From Felis catus (taxonomy: Eukaryota): a DNA stretch of 64,000 nucleotides. Positions 26,822 to 51,569 of this stretch are shown in pieces. A program made the translations under genes and the position numbers. A model generated the notes under the pieces. It searched no databases and had not been told where the DNA came from. It saw only the letters and a program-made list of their open reading frames with translations. The stretch is taken from contig NC_058368.1 of the NCBI RefSeq assembly GCF_018350175.1, positions 7,068,001-7,132,000 on the forward strand, given 5' to 3'. The first letter of the stretch is position 1. Each line of letters starts with the position of its first letter.

Positions 26822-27052
26822 TTTTTTTAAAAAAAATTTTTTTTTAGTGTTTTATTTAATTTTAAGGGAGAGAGAGAGAGACAGAGTGTGAGCAGGGGAG
26901 GGGCAGAGAGAGCCAGAGACACAGAATTGGACGCAGGCTCCAGGCTCTGGGCTGTCAGCCCAGAGCCTGACACAGGGCTTGAACCCACAAACCGCAAGAT
27001 CATGACCTGAGCCAAAGTCGGTCGCCTAACCGACTGAGCCACCCAGGAGCCC
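26822..27052 (-). mobile_element. Can-SINE
   Basis: Reverse-complement consensus. Confidence 0.88.
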
Positions 27053-27134
27053 TGGTTTTGGTTTCAAAGATGAGATACTGGAGCATGTTGATTGGTGGAG
27101 GGAAAGCACTCGTGAAGACAATGTACAACTCAGC

Positions 27135-27545
27135 CATTGCCGCAAAATTGCTATCTAATAACTCATCCCACGACCAAATGGCTCGCAATCATTTACGGTC
27201 AAGTTGCATAGACCGGCGGAGGGTCAGCTGATGGTAGGCTGATCCACGCTGGGTTCAGCTGGGATGACTCAGCTTTGTTCCTCACGTCTCCCTTCTCCCT
27301 TGCCAGGCTCAAGCAGAAATGTCCTTTGTGGCAATGGCAGAAGCCTGAGACAGCCACACAGAAGTTCTCTTGTGGCCCAAGCTTGGAACCCGCACGCTGT
27401 CACTCTCAGAAGGCCAAAGCAAGTCTCCCAGCTGAGCTTAGCGTCGAGGAGAGAGAAAATGTCTCCAGCCCCCTTCATGGGAGGAGCAAAGCCACGTGGC
27501 AAAGAGTGGCGAAAAAGCTGGGGCCAGTGAATGCAATCATCTAGC
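27135..27545. mobile_element. MaLR (MLT1-type) LTR remnant
   Basis: MLT1-like motifs (ctgggatgactcagct, ggccaaagcaagtc, aaagccacgtggcaaag). Confidence 0.5.
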
Positions 27546-28220
27546 TAAAACAGGTATATCAGAATTCTGTCTCTGTTACCCTTTTGGCTTGACCTACAAG
27601 AGGCATAGTCTTATCCCTTCCGGGCTGACGCCGTTGGGCTTGGGGAAGAGAGCCTGAACGTCAGGTGGGCCTGAGCTTCTCTTTCAGGAATGAGTAGCCG
27701 TGGGGAGAGAAGGGGCCAGACCACGTAAGGTCGGGGCTGCTTGGGTTGCGCCAAAGCCTTTGGAAAACCCCAGTTACAGGGGCAGAAACTCAGAGTCTCA
27801 TCGAAGAGCTGATCTGCAGAGAAGAGTGAAGAGGCATGCAGCCCAGAGACGTGGGGCTGTGAGGGCATGAAGCCTCGGAGAGAAAGGGGGCAGGAAAAAA
27901 CATGCACACACGGGCACACTTATACATAGGTGCACACGCAGGCACCCACGTCTACGGGAAACCAGTAGTTTCCCGGACTAGTGTAACAGATGCCCGGAGA
28001 GAGGCTAAGGAGGACAGCAGACCCAAGGAGCGACAGACTGAGAAACAGACTGCAGATGACTGTGATTCTTAGGCCTTTTTCTGCAGTCAGTGCGGAGAGA
28101 TTCCCTTGAATGCTTTCCCTAAATCTCTTTTCACGTAGATTAGTTTGAGTGGGATTATGTTCCTCGTGCAGAAAGATTCCTTGGTGAAGATGTTCATGCC
28201 GGACCTTTAAGATTTCACTT

Positions 28221-28435
28221 TGGGGTGCCTGAGTGGCTCCGTTGGTTGAGCGTCCGACTTCAGCTCAGGTCACGATCTTGCGGTTCGTGGGTTTGAGCCC
28301 CGCGTCGGGCTCTGGGCTGACAGCTCAGAGCCTGGAGCCTGCTTCAGATTCTGTGTCTCCTTCTCTCTCTGCCTCTCCCCTACCCATGCTCTGTCTATTT
28401 CAAAAATAAATAAGCATTAAAAAAAATAAAAAAAA
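28221..28435 (+). mobile_element. Can-SINE
   Basis: Consensus sequence. Confidence 0.88.
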
Positions 28436-29190
28436 TGATTTCATACAATGGTTCATGGCTGTGCCCATTTAACTAACAAATAATGTTAGCACCCAGGGCA
28501 CACAAGTCACCTTGCCACTGGATATTCAAAATATGATTCGGACTCTGCCCTTATGGAGATTAAATCAAGATGGGGTAACAGGAAATTATATGCCTGAATA
28601 GTTAAAGATAACCCAGCACATTCGAGAACCGTCTACTCAGTGCTACAGAAGGAAAGGGTTGTAGAAGTTCAAAGGCAGAAAATATGGGTGGGGGCTTGAG
28701 TTATTAAATAAGGCTTATCTAGAGGAAGTAGGATCTTATCTGGGCTGAGAATTGTGTCCAAGGGAGGAAGGAGCCTGCCGGGGGTGGGGGGCGGGGTCTG
28801 AGCTCAGGGCCCCCATTTCCCACCTGAGTGCTGTTACTTGAACTACAGGCATAATAGCTAAGAGGACTCAAAATGCTTTGCAATTACCAGTCTTGCACAC
28901 TGAAACCCATAAAATCTTAGATGTTTTAGGGAGGTGATGCTGGCAGCCTCATGAGAAGGGGTTTAAGGTGTCTAGGTCCAGAGCACAGAAAAGCTAGACA
29001 GAGCATGAGAAGGGGAATGGACAGGACAGGTGTATAAGTCAGCCAGGCCAGTGACGGGCGGAGAAAGGAGGACGACCTGGGACTGTGATTTCACAAGCGT
29101 GGGTGGAGACCCCAGCTGTCATCATTTCCAAAAGCTCCTGGGTGACTCTAACGTGCAGCCAGGGTTGAGAACCACTGTTCTAAAAAAAAA

Positions 29191-29400
29191 TTTTTTTATG
29201 TTTATTTATTTTTGAAAGAGAAAGAGAGAAGGGGGGGGCAGAGAGAGAGAGAGAGAGAGAGAGGAAGAGACAGAATCCGAAGCAGCTCCAGGCTCTGAGC
29301 TGTCAGCACAGAGCCCGACACGGGGCTCGAACGCATGAACCGTGAGATCATGACTGGAGCCGAAGTCAGACACGTAACTGACTAAGCCACTCAGGCACCC
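29191..29400 (-). mobile_element. Can-SINE inserted at the end of a MER5-type element
   Basis: 18-bp TSD tgagaaccactgttctaa (29166-29183 / 29401-29418). Confidence 0.9.
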
Positions 29401-30364
29401 TGAGAACCACTGTTCTAAGATTTCATGAGTGGGAGACAGAATTCTACTACTGTTGCCTGGGAGAGAGAGAGGGAAGGAGGTGTAAACAGAAGGAAATGGT
29501 AAGATTGTTTGCTTGGTGTTAAAATTTAAAAAAAAAGTGCATTTGTCACTTAGAAATGTGGGACATTGGAAAAAACGCATTGGGGGAGCAAACTGCAGAG
29601 AGCACGAGGTGGAGCAAAGGATCTGTTCACAGTAAAGAAAGAGACGGAAGAAACAAAGGCATGGCTTGGACCCTGTAGCTGCTTAACATGCAGTGCTGTT
29701 GGGAGAACTGAAAGTTGGTGGTAAACGGGGCTAGCACAGGGCCATGTGACAAATGCAACTGTCGGTTCATATAATGTCATTCATTCCCAAAACGGCGGTA
29801 ATTAACAGTCCACTTGAAAGGCGAGCAAGATTCAAAGAGCTCAGGGAGGTACCCTGCCACGCCCATGCACAGTAGGAGCAGAAAGCCAGATCCAACACAA
29901 AGGAAACCATTTGAGACTCTGGGAGTTGTCAGACGGAGGGATGTGTGTGACCTTGTCCCATGGAGCGGGGCTAGAGCGGCAATCAAGAAAAGCAACAGGT
30001 GCACCCACTTCCCGGACGCCCTGGTACAGTCCTCAATGACATTCTGAGACAGGCATTATGATCATCATCTTCACTGTACAGATGACGCGACTGAGCTCAG
30101 GAGCGAGTACGATGTGAGGATCCCAGATCAGGGCTGGGCGGCAAGCCCCGAGCTTGTTTTCAAAGCTGCGCTTCTCTGCAGAGACCTGTTCATCACCTTC
30201 TGATAAGGACCCGCTTAACGATTTGGAATGATGCAAGATGTGAACAAGCCACACCCGGTGGATCATCAGACGATCCATCCTGTCATTGTTACCCTCATCC
30301 AAGGACATCCTTAAACAAGTGATCCTGGTAAAACCAAGACACCTCCATTCACTCAAGCCTCTGA

Positions 30365-30630
30365 AACAGCGCTTCTCAAATTTGAATGTGCACCACACCC
30401 CCTGGAGATTGCGCTGATTCAAGTAGGTCTGTGGTTCTGATTTCTCATGATGCTGCCCGTCCGCAAACCACACTCGGAGCAGCAAGGTCTCAGGGCACTG
30501 GTTCCCCAAATTTCCTGCACACCGGAATCCCTAGGGAGTTTCCAAAAATTGTGGCTTAGTTGGTCCGGGGTGTGTTCTGGGCTCACAATTTGTAAGAGAT
30601 TCTAAACGTGCCGACAACTTTTGGAACCAA
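30365..30630. mobile_element. MER5-type hAT MITE fragments
   Basis: cagcgcttctcaaa...accacactcggagcagca, then a second cactggttccccaaa...ttggaacca copy. Confidence 0.5.
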
Positions 30631-31095
30631 GTAGAAAGCATGCAAGGAAATCTATCCATAAAAAAGACAAACTAATAATGTAATTTAAGTTATGCTTTAT
30701 AGAGAGTGGTGGCGGGCGGAAAACAGGTCACAAATCAGCGGCGCTGGGGAAGCGGGCCCCTTAGAGCCCATCAGGGAAAAGCGCCTGTCGCTGGGGAAGA
30801 GGAAGCCGCGGCCGCAGGCACCGCGAGCAAGCTCCACCCAAAGTGGGTGGGCGCGGCCGGCGAGCGGCTCCCCGGAGCATGCGCAAATGCGGCGCCGGCG
30901 CGGGGCGGGGCGGGGCGTGTTGTGCGCGCGCGCGCCGGCGCTCCAGTCCCGCCCCTCCGGGGTCGTGCTCCCGGAAGTCCGGCGGGGTCGCGCGTGGGAG
31001 CCTCCGGGAGTGGCAGGAGCGGGGTCCGGCGGCGGCCGCGCGCAGCCGTTCGTCGCCCGTGGCTCGGCACGTGGCTGAGCGCCCGCGGAGGCGTC

Positions 31096-43453
<12,358 letters not shown>

Positions 43454-43525
43454 ACACCAGATTGCTTTGCTTAAAGGACCACAGACCAGCCAGCTCAGTT
43501 CTTTCCTCCCAGAAGCACATTTTTC

Positions 43526-43531
43526 TTTATT
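43526..43531 (-). terminator. MTIF3 poly(A) signal AATAAA
   Basis: TTTATT on + is AATAAA on -, 4 nt after the MTIF3 TGA. Confidence 0.7.
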
Positions 43532-43534
43532 AAA
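43529..43534 (+). terminator. GTF3A poly(A) signal ATTAAA
   Basis: First A(A/T)TAAA after the GTF3A stop (75 nt gap), followed by T/GT-rich sequence at ~43556-43583. Confidence 0.75.
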
Positions 43535-43535
43535 A

Positions 43536-43754
43536 TCACGGATGCACAACATCTGATTCTCTGTTGTTTCCATTTTCTTTGTTCAAAGGGTCCTCTTTCT
43601 GGGCTCCTTGAGTTTCTCTATATGCGTTCTCTTCCTTTTTGCTTAAATGACGAAGAACACACATTACAGCTTTCCCTCCCCTAACAGGTTGTGGGCGGGT
43701 TGAGAAGGTAGCTATTCCGGGCATAGTTTGGAGTATTTGATTACATATCTCCTC
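43536..43754 (-). CDS. MTIF3: MTIF3 last coding exon
   Basis: Acceptor cttctag|; [22 protein letters not shown]...ESDVVHP then TGA. Confidence 0.95.
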   Translation of the reverse strand, partial: EEICNQILQTMPGIATFSTRPQPVRGGKAVMCVLRHLSKKEENAYRETQGAQKEDPLNKENGNNRESDVVHP

Positions 43755-46700
43755 CTAGAAGGGGAGAACGGCCAAAGATTAATTTTAAACCAATGTCTTC
43801 GATTCTTTCTAGTGCTAATGCTCTAATACCCACACAAATCTGCATTCTTGATTGAGTTGCTGTTACTTAAGTGATCAGCTCAATCAAACTGGTCCTTTCT
43901 GGTTAAGCAGTCATTGAAACCTGAACCATAACCAGGCAGTTTTACAAACTCCATGTAACTATACTCCTGCACTAAAAGTCGATAGTTTAAAATCCCCGCT
44001 GTCAGTGGCCCTGAGGGGCTGTGTTTGGCTCCAACTACCTTCTCGGAAAAGAGAAGTACAGAGCGGTGGGTTTGGGCATGGGCAGAGGACCTCCTTATCC
44101 CCACAACTGTCAGTCCTGTGCGGTTCCTAACACTCGCTCACAGAGTCATTTGGGAAACACACCCAGTTCAGAGATCCAGGATCAGCTGGGCTGGGTCCTA
44201 GGTCTCGGTGATTCTAACACGAACAAGGGTGGAAACCACTGGACTCATGCTGCCTTTTAGCTGCTGAGTTCTCGGACTCTAAAAGTGAAGTAGATACTCT
44301 GTAGACTGACCCTGAGAGTGTAAACTGATACTTTTCACAAAGACCATTTAACTTTATATGGAAGAATTCTGAGGCGTTCATAAATCATAAATAGACTTTA
44401 AAAAATGAATCTGTTTTTCTACTTAAATGTTAGATACTGTACAATTTGTCAAAGAGAAGAGTATACATTACTCTTTCACTAGATTACGAAGTGCAGTGTT
44501 TTCACATGACGATACTTATGCTTCAGTGGAAAAAGTATATGGAGCGTATGTTTGCATTTTGAAAAGCGAATTGGGAAGCTACTGCCGTCACGGGAGAATT
44601 CGCCAGCTACTCTGCCTTTACGTTACCCAGACTTTCTACGATTGTTCTCTTAGATCAGCAAACAGAATGAGCACTTTCTCAGACCTGCTTTCACTTACCA
44701 TTTTATTTTCTGGCTCTACGTTCTTTCCTTTCTTTATAGTAATTTGAACTCTGTATTTTTTCTCAATCCATTGCTGAATCTGTTTACTCTTTGTGTCCAA
44801 ATCATGTCGTCCAATATTTGAAGAAAAAGTTAGCTCCTTTGTCAGGGTAGGGCCTAGTTTAAAACAGAGACTTTTTTAGGACTGTTGACTGGTCCCTTTG
44901 GGGGACCTGAGCTGGGTCATGCACGCTTCGTGAGATCTGCGGTTGCCACAGGGGCCTGGAAGCTCCTCTCCTGACTTAGTCTGACTGGTGAACACTTTTT
45001 AAACAAGGAAAGTAGACACAAAGGTACCAGTTTTTACCTGTCAAGTATCTAGATATGAAATGCTTCCATTTATTAGTACCCTCATTTGATGACAGTACAA
45101 AAGAACGGTCCTTTAAAAGGAACAAGTTTAGCTTTATGATAAACTTAATTGGCCTTATTTTTCTTTCTGACTGGAGCAGCATTTAGGAAGTACTCTCTTT
45201 TCAAAAAATTTTTTAAACTGTTTATTTTTGAGAGAGAGAGAGCATGAGCCGGGGAGGGGCAGAGAGAGAGGAAGACACAGAATCCGAAGCAGGCTCCAGG
45301 CTCTGAGCCATCAGCCCAGAGCCCAATGCGGGGCTTGAAACCCCAAACCATGAGATCATGACCTGAGCTGAAGTCGGATGCTTATCCGACTGAGCCACTC
45401 AGGCGCCCCTGGGAAGTACTCTTCTCATCTGACTCCTTTAGTGGTGCCCTTCTAGTGACAATGGGGTCACCCAGACTGCATCAGACGAGAGCAAGCTCTC
45501 TCTGTCCTGTATCCAGCAATGGAAATCCTGACTTAGAAAATTACAGGGAAGGAACAGATTCCCTAGTAAAAGCATTGGAAGATTCAGAGTTTTCATACGG
45601 GGGAAAAGTTAGGTTTTAATCCACACAACAATCTCCCTGGGAGCACTAACTGCATGTGAAAAAATACGACTTTAAAATAGAAGAAAAGACCGGGTATGTT
45701 TGTGACCTCAGGCTAAAAGGATTTTGTTAAGGGACGGCTGGGTGACTCAGTTGGTTGAGCATCTGACTTCGGCTCAGGTCATGACCTCATGGTGTGGGAG
45801 TTCGAGCCCCGCATCGGGCCTTGTGCTCCAGCCTGCAGCCTGGACCCTGCTTCAGATTCTGTGTCTCCCTCTCTCTCTGCCCCTCTCCTGCTCATGCTCT
45901 GTTTATCTCCCTAAAAAATAAACATTAAAAAAAAGAAGGATTTTGTTAAGGAAAATAATTGACAATTTCCTATATCAAAGACACCATGGTGTAATTTTGA
46001 AAAGGGCAAAAAAAAAGAAATCTAACTACGATAAGGTTTTTTTGCATCACACAGAGAATCTTATAAATTGGCGGGGGTGGGAGGGGGGACCACGCAAGTA
46101 GAGGAAGAGGGCATGTGAACAGGCAGTTCACAGAAGAGGCAACTCAAATGGTGAAATGAAACCCAAAGAAATAATAAGATCGGGTTTCTCACCCATTGGC
46201 AGGACAAAAATTAGATGAGAGTACCAAGTATGGGTGAGGATGTAGAGAAAGAGATTTCACATATTGCTGACAATTTGCCCCACAGACTCTGGAGACCCTG
46301 ACAGACGTGCCCTTTGGTCTGGAAACGAGCCAGCTTTGGTCTGGAAATGAAAGGCTGGAAACGAGCCCAATGCCCATGGAAAGGCCCTGACCAATCCACG
46401 GTATCTGGTACATTCTGAGGATTCCATTGAGTAATTATAAAAAATCAGCTACAGCTGTTACATAAACCTAGCTCTTGAAGACAGCATGACACAATTGTCA
46501 TGTGTACAGAATCATGCCATATACCACGGATTTGTACGTCACTGAAGTTAACAGCACAGACTCACATTCATGTCCACGGCGGCAGGGAGGGAGGACGGCA
46601 CAGGAAAAGGGAGCATGGAGACTTCGACTTTCCTGTAATGTTTTGTTTCGTTTAACAACCTTTAGTACAACAATGTTAACGCTTGTTCATTTTGGATGGT

Positions 46701-48156
46701 GGGTAACAGTTGCGTATAGTTTTCGGTATGCTTTCTAATTCCCAAAAGTAATTTTCCCAAAAGACCTCCTTTTAGGAACACCTCCTCGCTTCCTTCAAGC
46801 TCCCGCAGCTGGTCCTACGTCGCCACCGGAACAAAATTAATGCGTTTACCACCTTAGCGCTTCAACTATCTCTGCAAAGAGCACCCCCGCCAAAGCTCTC
46901 CAAGCTTCTCGGTGCTGTTCTGCGTTTTTTCTGCGATGCAATGTGATGCCCTTACCATCCCGGTTGGCCTCTTCTGAAGACTTTTCGTTTCCCAGCCAAC
47001 ATCCTTGTTGAATGTGGTGCCACAGAACCGAGCCACAGAGAACCGTGTGATTTTCCTAAGACGCACAACCTCGCTGTGGCAGCTCTGGGACCCGTCTCCT
47101 GCCCCCTGCCCCAGAGTGTTTTCCATAAAACAAGCTTTCGTAACGGTCAGCACTTATTAGGACTCATGAAAAATTTTCACTTGATGTCTAGTTCCTGGCT
47201 CCATAAGGCATAAAAGACAAGGCCGTGGTAAGGTGATCGGTAAATGTGTAAATGAGCCTTACTACCAACAGGGTGTGGAAGATGCTCTGTGAATCCCTTC
47301 GGAGATCAGAAAGGGCTTCCGGCCAACTGGCCAGGCGCCTCCACGTTAGAGATGAGGGGGAAAGAGGGGAACAGGGCCCCCATCCCACTGCCTCCAAGGC
47401 TCATTTCATTCCGGCCGCCAGAGATGCTGCCACCCCCGGGCCAGGCCAAGAGGAAAAGGGGTCCCGTCGTTCTGGGGTGCCTCCCTATTTCCCCCTCATT
47501 TTACACGAGGAAGCGATGCCGACCACAGGGCATCGAGGAAAAAGGACGGGAGGAGGAATGGAAATGAAGCGAGAGCCGGAGAAAGATGGGGAGGCCGTGA
47601 ACTACCCCGCTGCTCACACCCCCGCGGTCACCAGGCACCTCGGCAGACACCCTCTGCGGTCCCTGGGGCTCAGGGCGTGGGCAGCAGGTCACCTACCGGG
47701 TTTCGGGTGGGCCTTTCCCAGCTCCCGGAGTCGCAGGCGCTCCTCGTGGATCTGTGCCCCCGTCAGGAGCTGGTACTGCGGGGGCTCCGCGCCGCTGTCC
47801 CTTGTCACGAGCCTCAGGTCCCGCTCGTTCATGAGCCTGATCACGTCTGCCCGGTGCATGTTGCCCAAGTCGTTGCCCGCCTCATCCAGCACGTGAATAA
47901 CCCGCTCGTGAATTTTTCTTCCGATGTTGCTAAGAGCTGGTTCATTCTTCTTTTTCTTCTTCCTCTCATCCTGGGTGTCTGCAACAGTACCGAAAGCTTT
48001 TGCGTGAATCGGGCAGGACAGTCTCGGGCCAGAAGCTCGGAGGGACGGCCGTGCTGGTGCGGTCTGGCGCAGGGTGTATGTACCAGGACATCTAATGCAA
48101 TTATTTCCAGTCTTTACGGTATGCAACGTTAGCCTCTTTAGAAGAAGAGTGGCCAT
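43536..48156 (-). CDS. MTIF3: Mitochondrial translation initiation factor 3, 277 aa; complement(join(43536-43754,44699-44853,47697-48156))
   Basis: 460+155+219 = 834 nt in frame with GT-AG introns. Basic presequence-like N-terminus [14 protein letters not shown]3 N-domain ([23 protein letters not shown]) and IF3 C-domain ([35 protein letters not shown]). GTF3A-MTIF3 adjacency matches known mammalian synteny. Confidence 0.96.
44699..44853 (-). CDS. MTIF3: MTIF3 second coding exon
   Basis: Acceptor ctag|; [14 protein letters not shown]...KNVEPENKM; donor |gtaagt. Confidence 0.95.
45205..45409 (-). mobile_element. Can-SINE
   Basis: TSD ggaagtactct. Confidence 0.9.
45730..45935 (+). mobile_element. 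Can-SINE
   Basis: TSD aaggattttgttaagg. Confidence 0.9.
47697..48156 (-). CDS. MTIF3: MTIF3 first coding exon
   Basis: On the - strand: ctttttag|g ATG ... aaacccg|gtaggt. Confidence 0.95.
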
Positions 48157-50817
48157 CCTAAAAAGTAGGGAGAAAGGTTTGTTACCGTGCCATCACTTCA
48201 TCCCCGTGGTCTGATACGGTGCACGGAGGGCGTGTGTGGGGCTGCAGGCCTGTGTCATCTGCAAACACTGTGGACCCGTGCACAGGAAATTTCCACCAAT
48301 GACATGGACTGTCAGGTGACTGTAGTCACACTAGGTCACGGTGGTCCCGGCTCCAGTGCAAGTTACTGTCAGAACAAGCCGTTATCTGCACAGTGCTTTC
48401 GTTCTCCATCGTTTCCTCCCCCAGTGCTGCCTCATTTGATCTATTTCCCAAGCACTACAGTGCTGACTCTGAGAGCAAGTATCATCCTACAGGTTTATTT
48501 AGAAGGCAGTCCATAACATCCTCGGCAATTCATAAATACCAAGTCATAAACTGTGAATACAGTCAGCTGTTGAGAACTTATCGGTCTATCTGGAGGTATC
48601 CAGAACACAAAAGCGCTATTCTGGGAAAGCTGGGAGCACTCTGGGAGGACTCTCAGAGAGGAAATATCCCGACAGGAATCAAAGCGCCGCCCTCATAAAC
48701 CCAACGGGTGACTCACGAGGTAATAAGGCGGGACGACCAAGCATTAACTAAGCGTTAGGCGCACGGGGTGAAGCTGGTTTACTGCATGGGAATAACCACT
48801 GCTCTTCCAAACGGCATTCTGGCTTTCCACTTGCTTCTCTCGCCCGCTAAGCGTCTCTCTCCTTCCATTTGCACGTTAGGCCAAGCCCAGAGGTGCGGGC
48901 TGGAGGGATGAGAGGACCCACTCACATCCTCTGGGGTTTGCTGAGTAACGCAAGAACTCAGGGAGGGGGCCCTGTCCACGACCAAAGAGGAAAGGACGAG
49001 GTGCCCTCAGCAGTGCTTCTCAAAGGGTGGTCCCCAGGTCACCTGCAATGAGAGACCTGGAGTGTTCCCTAGAACCGGAAACGCCCTCTGGTTGCTAGCT
49101 TGGATCTCACTGGGCTGTACGACCACCGATCCTGCCCTCATCACCCCCGCCTCACGCCTCTGGTGGCAAGTGATACGACCAAAAAAAAAAAAAAAAAGAC
49201 ATGGTAAATCGAGTGAAAGTGAAGGGATGCACGCAATCTCACCGTCCTAGCTGGATAACACCCGCCACGGGCTGCCCTGGCTCCGGCCTCTCCCCTGACT
49301 CCCCAACTTGTAGAGTTGCCTGCCGCCCCGACCTGTCCGCTAAGATATCGGACGTCACCCACAGGGAACACCACCGCCCCCGCGCTCTCGCTCCTCCCTC
49401 GGTCTTCCCTAGCTCATAGAAAGGCCGCGTGCCCTTCCGGCTGCTCAAGGCCCCAGACAGCAAAGGCATCCTTCCCTCGCCTTTTTCTCTCAGCGATTCG
49501 TCGGTCCGGCTCTGTTCACCCTCTACAAACCTCCGGGATCCAACCCCCCCCCTTCCCTGTTGCTATCACCCCACTCCGAAGACAGCATCCTCTCTCATCT
49601 GGTGTATGGGTCCTGGCCTCCGGCCGGCACTCGGCTTCTGCCCTTCCCCCCGTAACTGATCACCCGCGTGACGCCCAGGGGTCCTTTTACAAGGTACACG
49701 GCAGATGACGCCCCTCCTCTGCTCATCACCCTCCACCGGTTTCATCTCACTCCGGGGGACAAAGCCAAGCCCCTGAAGGGGCCGACAGCGGCCCCCAGCC
49801 ACCTCTGCCCGCAGCACCTGCCCCGCCTCCGCGGCGCGGTTCCAGCCTCGATGGCCTGTGAACACAGTCTTCCTCCGGGCGCATGTAACGCGGGTAGATC
49901 CGCCCCGCAGCCGGCTGTGTGCTTCGTGAACCCGGGGGCTCGGCCCCAGGGTTACTGCTCAGCGAGGCCTCCCCCCCTGCTCTGTAGAATACCGCACCCT
50001 CCATCGCTTTCAAAGCCATTGCCTTGCCTTTACAGACGTCCCCTGCCGGACATACTATCTGGTTATTTGCACACATGTTCACAACCAGTCCCATTCTCTT
50101 CGCGGCTGCCTTCCGAACGCTAGAGCCCAGAGCCCAGCGCAGCCTGGACGTGCTCAGTGAATGTCTGAGACAAGGGGAACAGCCGGGACGGACCTCTGCG
50201 CGTCACTCCCTAGCACTGTGCTGGGGTCCCCCGGCTTCGCATTCTGGCTGGCACTTCACGTGTCCGCTGACCTTAGTGAGATCTACGGCCAACGCTCCAC
50301 CCCCGGTGAATGGGATGAATTCCCTTTCGGTCATTACCTGGTTGGGGACTCCCCCCACCCCCGGTCCTTGTGCTAAAGGCTCTAGGACAGGAGCAAATTG
50401 GATTTTAAATAGCTGCCATAGCACTGCTTCACCAAAAAGCCAGGTATTTGTTGGTGGAGGAAGCCCCCAAACCCAAAAAGCAGGACAGTCTGAAGAGACC
50501 AGAGATGACCTTTTTTCCATTTATCGTCAGGAAAACAGCCACAGCACCGAATTTCACAGTGAGTTAGGACGGCCCCGGCAATAACAGATGAAAGCTGACG
50601 CGTCGTGTGTAATGAATCCTCAATACATTAAAACAGATAATATTAATTCCAAATGTAGGATTTTTGACAAGTAAGCAAATAACAGACAAGGCATAGGAAA
50701 AAGATGAAAAGAAATTTATGAAGACCCTGGCTGTCTGTGGTCGAAGACCCAAGTGATTTTGTCCCCCTATCCTTCTTGTCATTTTTTTCCTCAATCTTTT
50801 ACAGGGAAGAAGTATTT

Positions 50818-50937
50818 CTATTTATGTATTTAGTTTTAATTTTATTTTAAGTAGGCTCCACGCCCAATGGGGGCTTGAACTCACGACCCTGAGATCAAGA
50901 GTCACATGCTCTACCCACTGAGCCAGCCAGGAGCCCC
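50818..50937 (-). mobile_element. Short, older Can-SINE (tRNA-like head, no CT tract)
   Basis: gggcttgaactcacgaccctgagatcaagagtc...ccaggagcccc; TSD ggaagaagtattt. Confidence 0.8.
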
Positions 50938-51569
50938 TGGAAGAAGTATTTTTTATACTAGTACATTTATTTACAAAGTAAAGACTATTTCAGAATAATG
51001 ATGGGGAATTGTTTTTAAAGCTTTAAAAACACTTTCCAAGAAGAGGAAAAGGTAGAGAAATATCGTAACCACGTTTTTCTTTAAGTTCTTTACCATTACT
51101 TACATTTTAGAGAGTTTCAAATTTCCTGGATTTACACAGCAATTAAGCTCCAATACGAGCTCCATTTTGGCTTTACGTCAGCAAAGCTGAACAGGTACAC
51201 ATTCCTTCAAAATAAGCTTTTCATAGATTAAAAACATAAATACACAGTTAAGAAAAAAGAGCTGCGAGATTACTCAATCTGAACCGCAAATCCCACCTTA
51301 GGTTCAAATAATTAAAAACTTGTCATTAGGAAAAGTTTCAAACATGTCCCGGAAGAATAGGATAATCAAACCCTAAGCATCCCTCACGCAGCCTCATAAT
51401 TAATAGAATGTGGCCAAACCCACCTCCTCTCGGCCTGGGCTATTCCCCTCCCCCCACCCCCCTTGCCAGCCACCCATGAACCACTTCAAGGTAAATCCTA
51501 TCTTGCCAACAAATACTTCAATATGTCATTCAATATGTCGTCTCTAGGAGGTTAGGACTCTTTTATCTG

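Noticed and set aside
1..30600. Exons of the usual syntenic neighbours (RASL11A on the left, LNX2 on the right)
   Set aside because: No Ras-like, RING or PDZ coding sequence is recognisable in 1-30 kb or 61-64 kb; these genes are probably outside the window
47252..48132. + strand ORFs of 214 and 151 aa overlapping MTIF3
   Set aside because: Antisense shadows of GC-rich exon and intron sequence with no recognisable domain
50282..50305. TCTACGGCCA resembles the 5' end of 5S rRNA, which would be striking next to TFIIIA
   Set aside because: Only ~10 nt match and no internal control region follows; consistent with chance
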